A stretch of DNA of 64,000 bases from Victivallales bacterium (GTDB lineage: Bacteria > Verrucomicrobiota > Lentisphaeria > Victivallales > UBA1829), in contig JBGUKN010000078.1 of the NCBI GenBank assembly GCA_045114455.1, positions 7,085-71,084 of the forward strand, in the 5' to 3' direction. The notes under the pieces are model-generated. The model searched no databases, was not told the DNA's origin, and was given only the letters and a program-made list of their open reading frames with translations. Numbering within the stretch: position 1 is the first letter of the stretch; each line of letters starts with the position of its first letter. A program made the translations under genes and the position numbers. Positions 8,270-17,539 of the stretch are shown one piece after another.

Positions 8270-10675
8270 TTACTGTGCCACGGCGGCGGATTCTTCGATG
8301 AAACGGCGGATGTTGGAGACGTTCTCGAACTTCTCCATCTTGCCGCCGCGGATCACGACGAGCGTGGGGGCCTGGCGGATGTCGTACAGGTCGACGGATG
8401 CGACGTCCTCGTTTGCGAGGATGATGTCGTAGGCGATCGAAGCCTGGTCGAGGAAGCGTTTCGCCATCTTGCAGTTCGGGCAGGTGCTCGTGGCGAAGAG
8501 GATCACGCGGTCGGGGCCGCCGGCGGGCGCGGGCTTCTCGACGGGGTGCGCCGGGTCTTCATGTACGGGACCGTCGTGATGCGTGACGGCGTGGTGCATG
8601 GACTTGCCGATGTCGTAGGTCTTGCGGTCCTTGTATTCCTGCGACTTGCCGTCGTTCCAGTTCTGGACGGGACGGTAGTAGCCGGTGATGCGGCTGTAGA
8701 CTTCGGTCTTCTCGCCGCACTTGGAGCAGGTGTTCTTCTCCCCGGAGATGTAGCCGTGGTTCTTGCAGACGGAGTAGGTCGGGGACAGCGTGTAGTACGG
8801 GAGACGGTAGTTCTCGGCGATCTTGCGGACGAGGTTCGCGGCGCTCTTCCAGTCCGGAAGCTTCTCGCCGAGGAAGGCGTGGAAGACGGTGCCGGAGGTG
8901 TAGAGAGTCTGGAGCTTGTCCTGGATGTCGAGCGCGGAGAAGATGTCGTCCGTGTAGCCGACGGGCAGGTGGGAGCTGTTCGTGTAGTACGGGGCGTCGT
9001 CGTCGCCCTTGGACGCCGTGATGATTTCCGGGAAACGCTTGCGGTCGTGTTTGGCGAGACGGTAGGCGGTGGATTCGGCGGGCGTGGCTTCGAGGTTATA
9101 CAGGTCGCCGTACTTCTCCTGATAGTCGGAGAGGCGTTCGCGCATGTGGTTGAGGACCTTCGCGGTGAAGTCCTGCGCCGCGGCGTCGGTGAGGTCGCGG
9201 CGGACCCAGTTCGCATTGAGGCAGGCCTCGTTCATGCCGACGAGCCCGATGGTGGAGAAGTGGTTGTCGAACTTGCCGAGGTAGCGTTTCGTGTAGGGAT
9301 AGAGTCCTTCGTCGAGGAGACGCGTGATGACCTCGCGCTTGATCTTCAGCGAGCGCGCCGCGATGTCCATCATGTGGTCGAGGCGCTTGAAGAAGTCCTC
9401 TTCGTCCGTGGCGAGGTAGGCGATGCGCGGCATGTTGATGGTCACGACGCCGATGCTGCCGGTGCTTTCGCCGCTGCCGAAGAAGCCGCCGGATTTCTTG
9501 CGGAGTTCGCGGAGGTCGAGGCGGAGGCGGCAGCACATGCTTCGGATGTCGCTCGGCTCCATGTCGCTGTTCACATAGTTGGAAAAATACGGCGTGCCAT
9601 ACTTGGAGGTCATTTCGAAGAGGAGGCGGTTGTTCTCGGTCTCGCTCCAGTCGAAGTCGCGGGTGATGGAGTAGGTCGGGATCGGGTACTGGAAGCCGCG
9701 TCCGTTGGCGTCGCCCTCGATCATGGTCTCGATGAACGCCTTGTTGATGAGGTCCATTTCGGCCTTGCAGTCCTTGTACTTGAACGGCATTTCCTTGCCG
9801 CCGACGATGGCGGGCAGTTCGGCGAGGTCGTTCGGCACGGTCCAGTCGAGCGTGATGTTGGAGAAGGGCGCCTGCGTGCCCCAGCGGGACGGCGTGTTCA
9901 CACCGAAGATGAACGACTCGATGCACTTCTTGACCTGGTTGTAGTCCAGATTGTCGGCCTTCACGAACGGCGCGAGGTAGGTGTCGAAGGAGGAGAACGC
10001 CTGCGCGCCCGCCCATTCGTTCTGCATGATACCGAGGAAGTTCACCATCTGGTTGCAGAGCGTGGCGAGGTGGGACGCGGGGGCGCTGGTGATCTTGCCG
10101 GGGACGCCGCCGAGTCCTTCCTGAATGAGCTGTTTGAGGGACCAGCCGGCGCAGTAGCCTGTGAGCATGGAGAGGTCGTGCAGGTGCAGGTCGGCGTTGC
10201 GGTGCGCGTTCGCGATTTCGTCGTCATAGATTTCGGAGAGCCAGTAGTTGGCGGTGAGCGCGCCGGAGTTGGAGAGGATGAGGCCGCCGACGGAGTAGGT
10301 CACAGTGGAGTTTTCCTTCACGCGCCAGTCGTTGATCTTCAGGTAGTCGTCGATGGTGGTCTTGAAGTCGATGATCGTGTTGGCGGTGTTGCGCAGTTTT
10401 TCGCGCTGGCGGCGGTACAGGATGTACGCCTTCGCGACGTCGGCGTAGCCCGCCTGCACGAGCACGGATTCGACGCAGTCCTGGATGTCCTCAACGGCGA
10501 TCAGCCCTTCCTTGATCTTCGGTTCGAATTCGGCGGTGACCTTCAGCGCGAGAAAGTCGATGACGGACGGGTGGTAGTTCTTCTCCTGCGCCTCGAAAGC
10601 CAGCTTGATCGCGTTCGAAATCTTCTGGATGTCGAAATCGATGACTTTGCCGTTGCGTTTCTGGACTTGATACAT
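8270..10675 (-). CDS. nrdD: class III anaerobic ribonucleoside-triphosphate reductase with N-terminal ATP cone and fused C-terminal glutaredoxin/NrdH-like domain
   Basis: KRNG..FD ATP cone, GYCAGW, SMCCRL, CKNH..CSKC Zn ribbon, SRITGYYRPV glycyl radical loop, then TCPNCK redoxin domain. Confidence 0.97.
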   Translation of the reverse strand: MYQVQKRNGKVIDFDIQKISNAIKLAFEAQEKNYHPSVIDFLALKVTAEFEPKIKEGLIAVEDIQDCVESVLVQAGYADVAKAYILYRRQREKLRNTANTIIDFKTTIDDYLKINDWRVKENSTVTYSVGGLILSNSGALTANYWLSEIYDDEIANAHRNADLHLHDLSMLTGYCAGWSLKQLIQEGLGGVPGKITSAPASHLATLCNQMVNFLGIMQNEWAGAQAFSSFDTYLAPFVKADNLDYNQVKKCIESFIFGVNTPSRWGTQAPFSNITLDWTVPNDLAELPAIVGGKEMPFKYKDCKAEMDLINKAFIETMIEGDANGRGFQYPIPTYSITRDFDWSETENNRLLFEMTSKYGTPYFSNYVNSDMEPSDIRSMCCRLRLDLRELRKKSGGFFGSGESTGSIGVVTINMPRIAYLATDEEDFFKRLDHMMDIAARSLKIKREVITRLLDEGLYPYTKRYLGKFDNHFSTIGLVGMNEACLNANWVRRDLTDAAAQDFTAKVLNHMRERLSDYQEKYGDLYNLEATPAESTAYRLAKHDRKRFPEIITASKGDDDAPYYTNSSHLPVGYTDDIFSALDIQDKLQTLYTSGTVFHAFLGEKLPDWKSAANLVRKIAENYRLPYYTLSPTYSVCKNHGYISGEKNTCSKCGEKTEVYSRITGYYRPVQNWNDGKSQEYKDRKTYDIGKSMHHAVTHHDGPVHEDPAHPVEKPAPAGGPDRVILFATSTCPNCKMAKRFLDQASIAYDIILANEDVASVDLYDIRQAPTLVVIRGGKMEKFENVSNIRRFIEESAAVAQ

Positions 10676-10721
10676 GGTTCTTGCTGCTCCTGATTTGAAG
10701 ATGTTATAAGGAAAAAATGGT

Positions 10722-11447
10722 TTAGGAATCCGTTTCCGTTGTTTCGACGCCGCGAAGCTGCGCGTTCGGGATGAACTCCCGGACGGCCTCCAGCGCGAGC
10801 GCCATTTCGTCGTCCGGCATCGCGCTCAGCCCTGCGCCGAGCAGGTCGCCGGAGTCCTTGAATTTCTGGAGGAAATAATGCTCGACTCCGGCATGCTCGC
10901 GGGCAAGCCCGGCCAGGTCGTCCACGGTGTGGAACTGGCGGACGACCGTCGTGCGGAGTTCGTAGTAGTCCAGCGGGGCGGTCTTGAGGTAGGCTGCGCT
11001 TTCCGCGACGCGTCCCGCCATGCCGGTCACCCCGGTCGTCTCGTCGTACTTCGCATAAGTGTTTTTCACGTCCATTGCCACGGCGTCTACGAGGCGGCGT
11101 TCCACAACATCCTGCAGACGGTCAGGGAAGGAACCGTTCGTATCGAGCTTGATGAGGAGCCTGTACGAGCGGAGAAGTTCCAGCAGCTCGGCGAGGTCGG
11201 GACGCATCACAGGTTCGCCGCCCGTGATGCATGCACCGTCCAGGATCTTTCCCCGCTTCGACAGGAAATCCTTCAGTTCGTCGAGCGTGAGCATGGCGGA
11301 CTGCTCCTGCGGGACCACCACGAGCGAGGCGTTGTGGCAGAACGGGCAGCGGAAGTTGCATCCGTGCAGGAAAATGGTGCACGCGACCTTGCCGGGGTAA
11401 TCCAGCAGAGTGAGCTTTTGCAGTCCAAAACGGGAGTCGGCGTTCAT
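10722..11447 (-). CDS. nrdG: anaerobic RNR activating radical SAM enzyme
   Basis: LDYPGKVACTIFLHGCNFRCPFCHN (CxxxCxxC), ITGGEP, KLDTNGS; start trimmed to MNADS. Confidence 0.95.
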   Translation of the reverse strand: MNADSRFGLQKLTLLDYPGKVACTIFLHGCNFRCPFCHNASLVVVPQEQSAMLTLDELKDFLSKRGKILDGACITGGEPVMRPDLAELLELLRSYRLLIKLDTNGSFPDRLQDVVERRLVDAVAMDVKNTYAKYDETTGVTGMAGRVAESAAYLKTAPLDYYELRTTVVRQFHTVDDLAGLAREHAGVEHYFLQKFKDSGDLLGAGLSAMPDDEMALALEAVREFIPNAQLRGVETTETDS

Positions 11448-11490
11448 TTGAGCGGTGGTAGTGGTTGATGGCGGTAAAACAGCAGAAAAA

Positions 11491-11506
11491 CCACAACATC
11501 TTGTGG
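11491..11506. promoter_or_regulatory. NrdR box 1
   Basis: CCACAACATCTTGTGG, near-palindrome matching acaCwAtATaTwGtg, 44 bp upstream of nrdG start. Confidence 0.85.
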
Positions 11507-11517
11507 TGTTCCGGTAT

Positions 11518-11545
11518 AATATAATCAACACCTTGATAAATGCAA
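11518..11545 (-). promoter_or_regulatory. sigma70-type promoter of nrdG-nrdD-trxB
   Basis: Minus strand TTGCAT-N16-TATATT (or N18-TATTAT); NrdR box 2 fills the spacer. Confidence 0.6.
11523..11538. promoter_or_regulatory. NrdR box 2
   Basis: AATCAACACCTTGATA; core CAACAnCTTG repeated exactly 32 bp from box 1. Confidence 0.65.
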
Positions 11546-11764
11546 TGCCGAAACGGAAAAATTTTCTCAAAAATTTTTCCAATATTTATTTATAATTTTC
11601 ATTGTGCCGGAACGATATGTCCCGCCCGTCCCTTTTGAAATTATGAATATATTGATAATCAGCAAGATATGGATAGAATTAGTATCGAAGATATTTTCCG
11701 CAAAAAAAAAGGAAAAATGACTTGAAAAACAGGAAAGGCATGTCAGACGGCGAAAAAGCGCACG

Positions 11765-12991
11765 TCAGCCTTCGGGAACTCCGCGGGATGCGAGTCCCTT
11801 GTGGCGGGGCAGATATCCGAACTTGTAGTACAGGAGGCATGCGAGCATAAGCGCGGGGAAGAACGCGGCCGCGAGGAGCCCGGTTTTGAGGTCTCCGCCG
11901 AAGAACGATGCGATCTTTCCGACATATACCGGTCCAAGTCCGCAGCCGAAGTCGCCGGGCAGGGCGAGCAGCGCGAACATGGCGGTCCCTCCGAGGGGGA
12001 TCGCGACCGATGCCGTGCTGAATACGCCGGCCCAGAGGATGCCCGCCGACCAGCCGACAAGCGCGCATCCGGCGAGCGCGAGGGCGGGATGCGGCGCAAA
12101 GACGGCGGTGAGGTAGGCGATGATGCTGAGCGTGCAGCTCGCGATGAGGCAGTTGACGAGGTTGAGACGCGTGCTGAAGACTGCGTAGAGCGTGCGGGAA
12201 AGCCCCATGAGGAATGCGAAGAGGCATGGTCCGGCGAGGTCGCCGACGCTTTTCCTGATGTTCAAAGTCGATTCCGCGAACGTTGACGCCCACTGGGTCA
12301 TGCAGTGTTCGGCCGCGCCCGCGCAGAGCATCATCACGGACATGAGCCAGAAGACCGGGTGTTTGAACAGAGCGAGGATGCCGAGTCCTCGTTTTTCTCC
12401 GGCGATCAGCGGGCGCATCGGCACGAACATGAAGTAGATCCCGTCGAGGAGCGGGACGGCGGCCCAGATCAGCGCAAGGAATCGCCAGTTGTCCAGCCCG
12501 AAGCGGCGGAAGAAGAAGGTCGAACCGAGCACGACGATCATCAGTCCCCAGCAGTAGAAGGAATGCACCAGACTCATCGCGGCGGCTTTCCGTTTGAACG
12601 GGCATGCCTCGACCACGGGGCTGGTGACCGCTTCCACGACGCCGCCTCCGACTGCGTACAGAGCGACCGCGCAGGTCAGTCCGGCGAGCGGAGACGGCAT
12701 GAGTTCGGGCAGGACGGTCATGAGCGCGAGTCCGGCGGCGGAGCAGAACTGCCCGATGACGAGCGTGAGGCGGCAGGAGATCATGTCCGCGAGTTTGGCG
12801 CAGGCGAACGCCACACACATCTGAATCCAGAAGTTTCCGAGGATCACGGGCCAGAGCTGTTCGCGTTCCAGTCCGTATGCGTCGTTGAACCACAGGAAGA
12901 GCAGCGGCGCGAATCCGTTGACGATGGCCTGCGTGACGTAGCTGATGTTGCACGCATGGAGCGTGTGAATATAATTGTCCCGGATGCTCAT
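11765..12991 (-). CDS. MFS transporter (fucose-permease-like)
   Basis: About 12 hydrophobic segments, AAAMSLVHSFYCWG; start MSIRDNY overlaps the upstream stop (ATGA). Confidence 0.88.
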   Translation of the reverse strand: MSIRDNYIHTLHACNISYVTQAIVNGFAPLLFLWFNDAYGLEREQLWPVILGNFWIQMCVAFACAKLADMISCRLTLVIGQFCSAAGLALMTVLPELMPSPLAGLTCAVALYAVGGGVVEAVTSPVVEACPFKRKAAAMSLVHSFYCWGLMIVVLGSTFFFRRFGLDNWRFLALIWAAVPLLDGIYFMFVPMRPLIAGEKRGLGILALFKHPVFWLMSVMMLCAGAAEHCMTQWASTFAESTLNIRKSVGDLAGPCLFAFLMGLSRTLYAVFSTRLNLVNCLIASCTLSIIAYLTAVFAPHPALALAGCALVGWSAGILWAGVFSTASVAIPLGGTAMFALLALPGDFGCGLGPVYVGKIASFFGGDLKTGLLAAAFFPALMLACLLYYKFGYLPRHKGLASRGVPEG

Positions 12992-13596
12992 GGCAGAATG
13001 CTTCTGATCCAGCTGAAACAGTCCATGCCGTCGGGGACCTCGAAGGACTCCACGCCGTTTTGAGCTTGTTCGAACAGGAAGGCGGCGGCGAATTCCATCG
13101 ATTCGAGGCCGAGCAGTTTCATAGTGCGGTCGGCGAACGGAGAGCGTTCTTCCGTCAGGATCACAATGACCCGTTCGGCGTCTCCCGCAGTCAGGACGGC
13201 ATTCGCAAGCGAGAAGACGCGTTCGGGAAGGCGGTCGAATCCGGCCAGGGAGAAGATCGGGACTTTCATCCCGAAGTGGATGGAGGCGGTGCCGGGGACG
13301 GCGTTGTGGACGGAGCACGAGAACGAAATGGGGCCGATCTGGTCTTCCGGGAAGTCGATCAGGTCGTTCTGGAGCGCGGTGATGCGACTCTGCACGCCGA
13401 GCATGCTGCCGAACAGGAGCGGCACGTCGCCGGGGCGGCCTTCGAGCCGGTCGAGCGCGGAGAGGACTGCCGCGGTCATGCGGTCGGACCGCCGTCCGAG
13501 TCCGAGGCGGGCGCGTTCGGCGCGGAGAAAATTATCGTCCCAGCGCAAATCGGCGCCTGGCGAGGTGAAGGAGGATGCAAGCAGATGAAGCGCCAT
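12988..13596 (-). CDS. beta-ketoacyl synthase chain-length factor (Ketoacyl-synt_2, ApeC-like)
   Basis: GPISFSCSVHNAVPGTASI motif; lacks KS catalytic triad; directly after a KS gene. Confidence 0.82.
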   Translation of the reverse strand: MALHLLASSFTSPGADLRWDDNFLRAERARLGLGRRSDRMTAAVLSALDRLEGRPGDVPLLFGSMLGVQSRITALQNDLIDFPEDQIGPISFSCSVHNAVPGTASIHFGMKVPIFSLAGFDRLPERVFSLANAVLTAGDAERVIVILTEERSPFADRTMKLLGLESMEFAAAFLFEQAQNGVESFEVPDGMDCFSWIRSILP

Positions 13597-13599
13597 GAT

Positions 13600-14811
13600 T
13601 CAACCCAGCCTTTCCGCGATGAGAACTGCGTCTGTGCCGCCGAACGCAAGCGAGGTCGAAGCCGCGAAACGCGTTTCCGCGGGAAGATCCAGCGGCGAGA
13701 CCAACGGTGCGCAAGCGAGCGCGGGATCGGGCGTTTTGCAGCCCGGACTGGCCGGGACGAAACCGTCCCGCAGCATGAGCATGGCGAAGATGAATTCGAG
13801 CGTGCCGGCGGCGCCGAGCGTGTGTCCGGTGAAACGTTTCGTGGAGAGGAACGGTGGCGCGGCGAACCCGGCTTCTTCCGCCAGTCCGGCGAACGCCGCG
13901 GCCTCGCACCGGTCGTTCAGGACTGTTCCCGTGCCGTGCGCGTTGATAAAAGCGATGTCGCCAAGCGTAAGTCCGGCACGGACCAAAGCGTCCCTGAATG
14001 CGCGTCTCATTCCGTTTCCGGTTGCGTCCGGCGCGGTAATGTGCGATGCGTCGCATGACATGCCGAAACCGCGCAGGGCGAATTCCGGCTTCCCTCCGTG
14101 TTTCCGGGCACATTCGGGCGTTTCCAAAATCACGACGCCTACACCTTCGCCGAGGTTCAGTCCGGCGCGTGCGGAGTCGAACGGACGGCACGGGAAGGGC
14201 GAGGTCACGCCGAGTACGTGGAACCCGGCGACCGGGGTGCGGTGGAGTTCGTCCGCGCCGATCACGATCATGCGTTCGCACTGGCCGGAAAGAAGGCAGA
14301 GCGCGGCGATGGAAATGGCATCCGCGCCGGAGGAACATGCATTGGAGACCGTGTGCAGGGGGCCGGTCAGTCCGTATTCGCGGGCGACCGCCTCCGCCGG
14401 GTTGGAGTTCAGGAAGCGTTCCACCGGGGCATTTTCCTCCATGTCCGGGGCTTCCCTCAGCCGTGCGTAGTAGGCCGTATCCGTGAACTGCTGGGCAATC
14501 GTCGTGCCGACGACGCATCCCGTCACGGTCTCGCGGAGCATGCCGGGCGTGAGTCCGGCTGCCTCCAACGCCCGCGGCACGACGGCGCGGATCATGGAGA
14601 GCGTGCGCAGTTCGTCCTGCGCGTTTTGAAAGGAATCGACGAAAAACACCTGGTCGCGGATCGCCGAGTCGATCAGATCGCACGCGGGACGCGGCGTTTC
14701 AGGCGCCCGTTCGCCCCGGAACAGAGCGATCGCGTCCGCGTCGGTCTGCCCGGCACAGGAAAGATGTGCGAAGCCCGTCACGACAGGATCAAAAGCCATT
14801 CTGCGGATCAT
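13600..14811 (-). CDS. beta-ketoacyl-ACP synthase (KS3, ApeO-like)
   Basis: SNACSSG, NAHGTGT, GHTLGAAG (Cys-His-His intact); start at ATGA overlap 14811. Confidence 0.92.
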   Translation of the reverse strand: MIRRMAFDPVVTGFAHLSCAGQTDADAIALFRGERAPETPRPACDLIDSAIRDQVFFVDSFQNAQDELRTLSMIRAVVPRALEAAGLTPGMLRETVTGCVVGTTIAQQFTDTAYYARLREAPDMEENAPVERFLNSNPAEAVAREYGLTGPLHTVSNACSSGADAISIAALCLLSGQCERMIVIGADELHRTPVAGFHVLGVTSPFPCRPFDSARAGLNLGEGVGVVILETPECARKHGGKPEFALRGFGMSCDASHITAPDATGNGMRRAFRDALVRAGLTLGDIAFINAHGTGTVLNDRCEAAAFAGLAEEAGFAAPPFLSTKRFTGHTLGAAGTLEFIFAMLMLRDGFVPASPGCKTPDPALACAPLVSPLDLPAETRFAASTSLAFGGTDAVLIAERLG

Positions 14812-15716
14812 GCGCGGTCCTCCCATACGTTTTCAAACAGGAAACAATCATAAGGATGCCGCATGGCCATGCGTTCGAGCGTATCGGCATAAGCCTGGAC
14901 ATCCGCCTGAAACTTGATCCCGCCGCGCGCGCGGCGTTCGGGGCGCACGATGGTTCCGAATTCGAGCAGAAGCTCGCGATAGGACTTTCCCCGCGTCAGG
15001 AAGAACGGCACGACCGGAGCATGCGCCTTCGCCGCCAGGAAAAACGCCGCCGCGGGGAAATGCGCGGTCTCCCCGAAAAAGCGAACCGGCACGGAGCCGG
15101 ACTCCAGGCAGCGGTCGCCCATAAGCCCGACCGCGCCGCCCGATTCGAGCGTTTCGAACGCCTCCAGCAGCCCGCCGAAAGCGCCCGCGGTGTCGATGAT
15201 GTGCATCGGGGCGGCTTCGCCGCCGCTGAACGCCCTGCTTTTGTCGACGTCTGCGTTCCGGTCCGGCCTCGCGACGAACGCGACCTCTCGTCTTCCGGCG
15301 TTCACGCAGTGCATGGCGGCCTGCCATGCGCCGAAATGGGAGCAGAGGAAGACGAGTCCGCCGGGTGCATTCCGGCAAGGCAGAAAAACATCGGGATTCG
15401 TTTCCCGGACTTTCGCCTGACCGTTGGCAAGCGCCAGCGCCATGACAAGCGCCTCGCCCTGCGAGGTGAAGAGCCGCCAGACATGGCGTTTCATGCGGAA
15501 TCCGCGTGCCTCGGGAAAACGGTGTTTCAGATAGGGCAGGGCGCGCTGCTGCGCCTGGCTGTCCGTGAGCGCATAGACGAGCGCGATGAACTTGACGAGG
15601 AAGCATGCGGCGCCCGGACCGAAGACGGACAGGATCCCGCGTACGATCGCGGAGCCCAGCTTCGTTCCTCGCGTGTCGCTCAGGTTTGCGGCGGGCTGTG
15701 CGGATGCGCGGTTCAT
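14808..15716 (-). CDS. lipid A lauroyltransferase-like (LpxL family) acyltransferase
   Basis: LCSHFGAWQ, LMGDR, VRFFGETAHFP; start MNRAS overlaps GT stop (ATGA). Confidence 0.82.
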   Translation of the reverse strand: MNRASAQPAANLSDTRGTKLGSAIVRGILSVFGPGAACFLVKFIALVYALTDSQAQQRALPYLKHRFPEARGFRMKRHVWRLFTSQGEALVMALALANGQAKVRETNPDVFLPCRNAPGGLVFLCSHFGAWQAAMHCVNAGRREVAFVARPDRNADVDKSRAFSGGEAAPMHIIDTAGAFGGLLEAFETLESGGAVGLMGDRCLESGSVPVRFFGETAHFPAAAFFLAAKAHAPVVPFFLTRGKSYRELLLEFGTIVRPERRARGGIKFQADVQAYADTLERMAMRHPYDCFLFENVWEDRA

Positions 15717-16888
15717 GTGCGGACGCTCCTTCTGCGGATGACAGCGCGGCAGAGTTCGGCGGAACAATAAACGATGACGGCGAAGATCGCGGCGAATACC
15801 GGAGCGAGGATGATGCTGCCGAGAAGCCACTCGAACCAGCGCAGATGAATCTCCCTGACCGTGCTGTGGAAATTCAGGTCTTCCGGGAGCAGGAACCTGC
15901 CGTGCCGCAGGAAATAGCCAAGTTCGATGCAGAGGACCGGGCAGACCGGCGGCATGAACGGATGCTGCGCCATGACCGCCATCGCTTTGTTGAGGTGAAG
16001 GCGTGCGGCGACATAAAGGATCAGGATCGTGCAGAAGCCGTACGTCGGATACACGGCGAGGAGCGCGCCGACGAACGCGGAAAAAGCGAGACCGAGCGAG
16101 GACGTATTTTCCTTGACGAGCCATGCCCAGAGCTCTTTCGGTTTCCAGAGCCGCGGATATTCGCGGGGCGTCTCCCTGAGTCTTCTGACGCCGAACGGGA
16201 CGAGGCGGCGGAGCACGAGGCGCGTGTGAAGCCAGGTCATGCGCCAGTTGTCGCGGAAGGGATGAAAATGCGAGACGCGTTCGCCGGGTGGGTCGTAGTG
16301 CGTGGAGATCGGGACTTCGGCGAGTTCGAGGCCGGCCCACATGCAGCGCGTGAGCAGTTCGGTCTCGAAGGTGTAATGAAGCGAAGAGCACCTGATCTGC
16401 GAGATATACTTGAGCGGGTAGGCGCGGAACCCGCTCTGCGAGTCGGAAATCTTCTTCCCTGTTTCGACTAGGAACCAGAAGTTGGAGAACATACGGCCGA
16501 ATTTGCTTCGTCCGGGCACGTTCGGCACGGAAAAATCGCGGACTCCCGCGACAAGCGTCCAGTCGTTCCGTTCCAGCAGGGGCAGGAAACGCGGGATGTC
16601 CTCCGGATCGTGCTGGGCGTCGGCGTCGAGCGTGATCATGTAGTCGTAACCGCGCGGCGCGAGCGTGCGGATCGCGGTAAGGAGAGCCGCTCCCTTTCCC
16701 ATGTTATGCGGATGCCGGATGACTTCGATGCCCGTTCCGGCAAAGTGTTCCGCGAGATTAAGGTCTTCCGATCCGTCGTCGATCACGAGGACATCCGGCA
16801 TGACGGCGCGCGTCCGTTCGATCACGGCGGGGGCCGTAGAAGCATGGTTGAAAACGGGGATCACGCAGCAGCAGCGCATAGCGGGCAC
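15713..16888 (-). CDS. GT2 glycosyltransferase fused to DUF2062 membrane domain
   Basis: VIPVFNH, DDGSED, NMGKGAAL, TLDADAQH, DSQSGFRAYP; hydrophobic C-terminal domain. GTG 16888 or ATG 16879 start. Confidence 0.88.
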   Translation of the reverse strand: MPAMRCCCVIPVFNHASTAPAVIERTRAVMPDVLVIDDGSEDLNLAEHFAGTGIEVIRHPHNMGKGAALLTAIRTLAPRGYDYMITLDADAQHDPEDIPRFLPLLERNDWTLVAGVRDFSVPNVPGRSKFGRMFSNFWFLVETGKKISDSQSGFRAYPLKYISQIRCSSLHYTFETELLTRCMWAGLELAEVPISTHYDPPGERVSHFHPFRDNWRMTWLHTRLVLRRLVPFGVRRLRETPREYPRLWKPKELWAWLVKENTSSLGLAFSAFVGALLAVYPTYGFCTILILYVAARLHLNKAMAVMAQHPFMPPVCPVLCIELGYFLRHGRFLLPEDLNFHSTVREIHLRWFEWLLGSIILAPVFAAIFAVIVYCSAELCRAVIRRRSVRT

Positions 16889-16909
16889 CTCTGACTCGTC
16901 CCCCCAGCG

Positions 16910-17539
16910 TCAATCGGCTCGGAAGACGCGCCGGGCGAGCGATTCGGGGTCGGAATCGTCCGGGATCTCAAGCGTTCCGCCGGGTTCCGCCAGAAGAACG
17001 GTCAGTTTGCCGGATCCGTAGTGGCAGATCATGACGCGCCGGATGCCGGGCATTTCGAAGAAGTTGGAGACTTCGTCCCAGAGAACGGGGAAACGTCCGA
17101 GTGTGTCCATGTAGAAGCACGGCCCCGTGAGCTTGAGGGAAATCGCGGCTTCGCACGGCGGCGTGGTCGGGAGCGTGCCGACGAAAAGATGTCCACGCCC
17201 GAGGTGGCGTCCGTGTTCGCGGTAGTCGTTGAAGTAGTTCAGGTTCTGTTCGTGGCAGCCTTCCCGTCCGAAGTCGACGATGGCTGTTTCCCTGATCGAA
17301 TCGACTTCCGCGTCGCGGTGCGCGAGGACGGCGGCAAGAATGTAGGTGCGGACTTTCGCGTCGCCGCGCCGGAAATTGTCGAGCCCGTAGACGTGCGGGA
17401 AATCGTCCTGGACAGCCGAGACTTTCGCCTTGGCGTCCTGCGTATCCTCCGCCGTACAGACGAGGCCGCGGCGCCAGGTGCGGAAAGAAAGCCCTTCTGC
17501 CGTGACGCCTCCGATGATATGCCAGGGGTATGCGCTCAT
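16910..17539 (-). CDS. degenerate KS / chain-length-factor-like protein
   Basis: FVGTLPTTPPCEAAISLKLTGP resembles the CLF motif F..TLPN...EIAI...GP; start overlaps KS2 stop (ATGA). Confidence 0.68.
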   Translation of the reverse strand: MSAYPWHIIGGVTAEGLSFRTWRRGLVCTAEDTQDAKAKVSAVQDDFPHVYGLDNFRRGDAKVRTYILAAVLAHRDAEVDSIRETAIVDFGREGCHEQNLNYFNDYREHGRHLGRGHLFVGTLPTTPPCEAAISLKLTGPCFYMDTLGRFPVLWDEVSNFFEMPGIRRVMICHYGSGKLTVLLAEPGGTLEIPDDSDPESLARRVFRAD

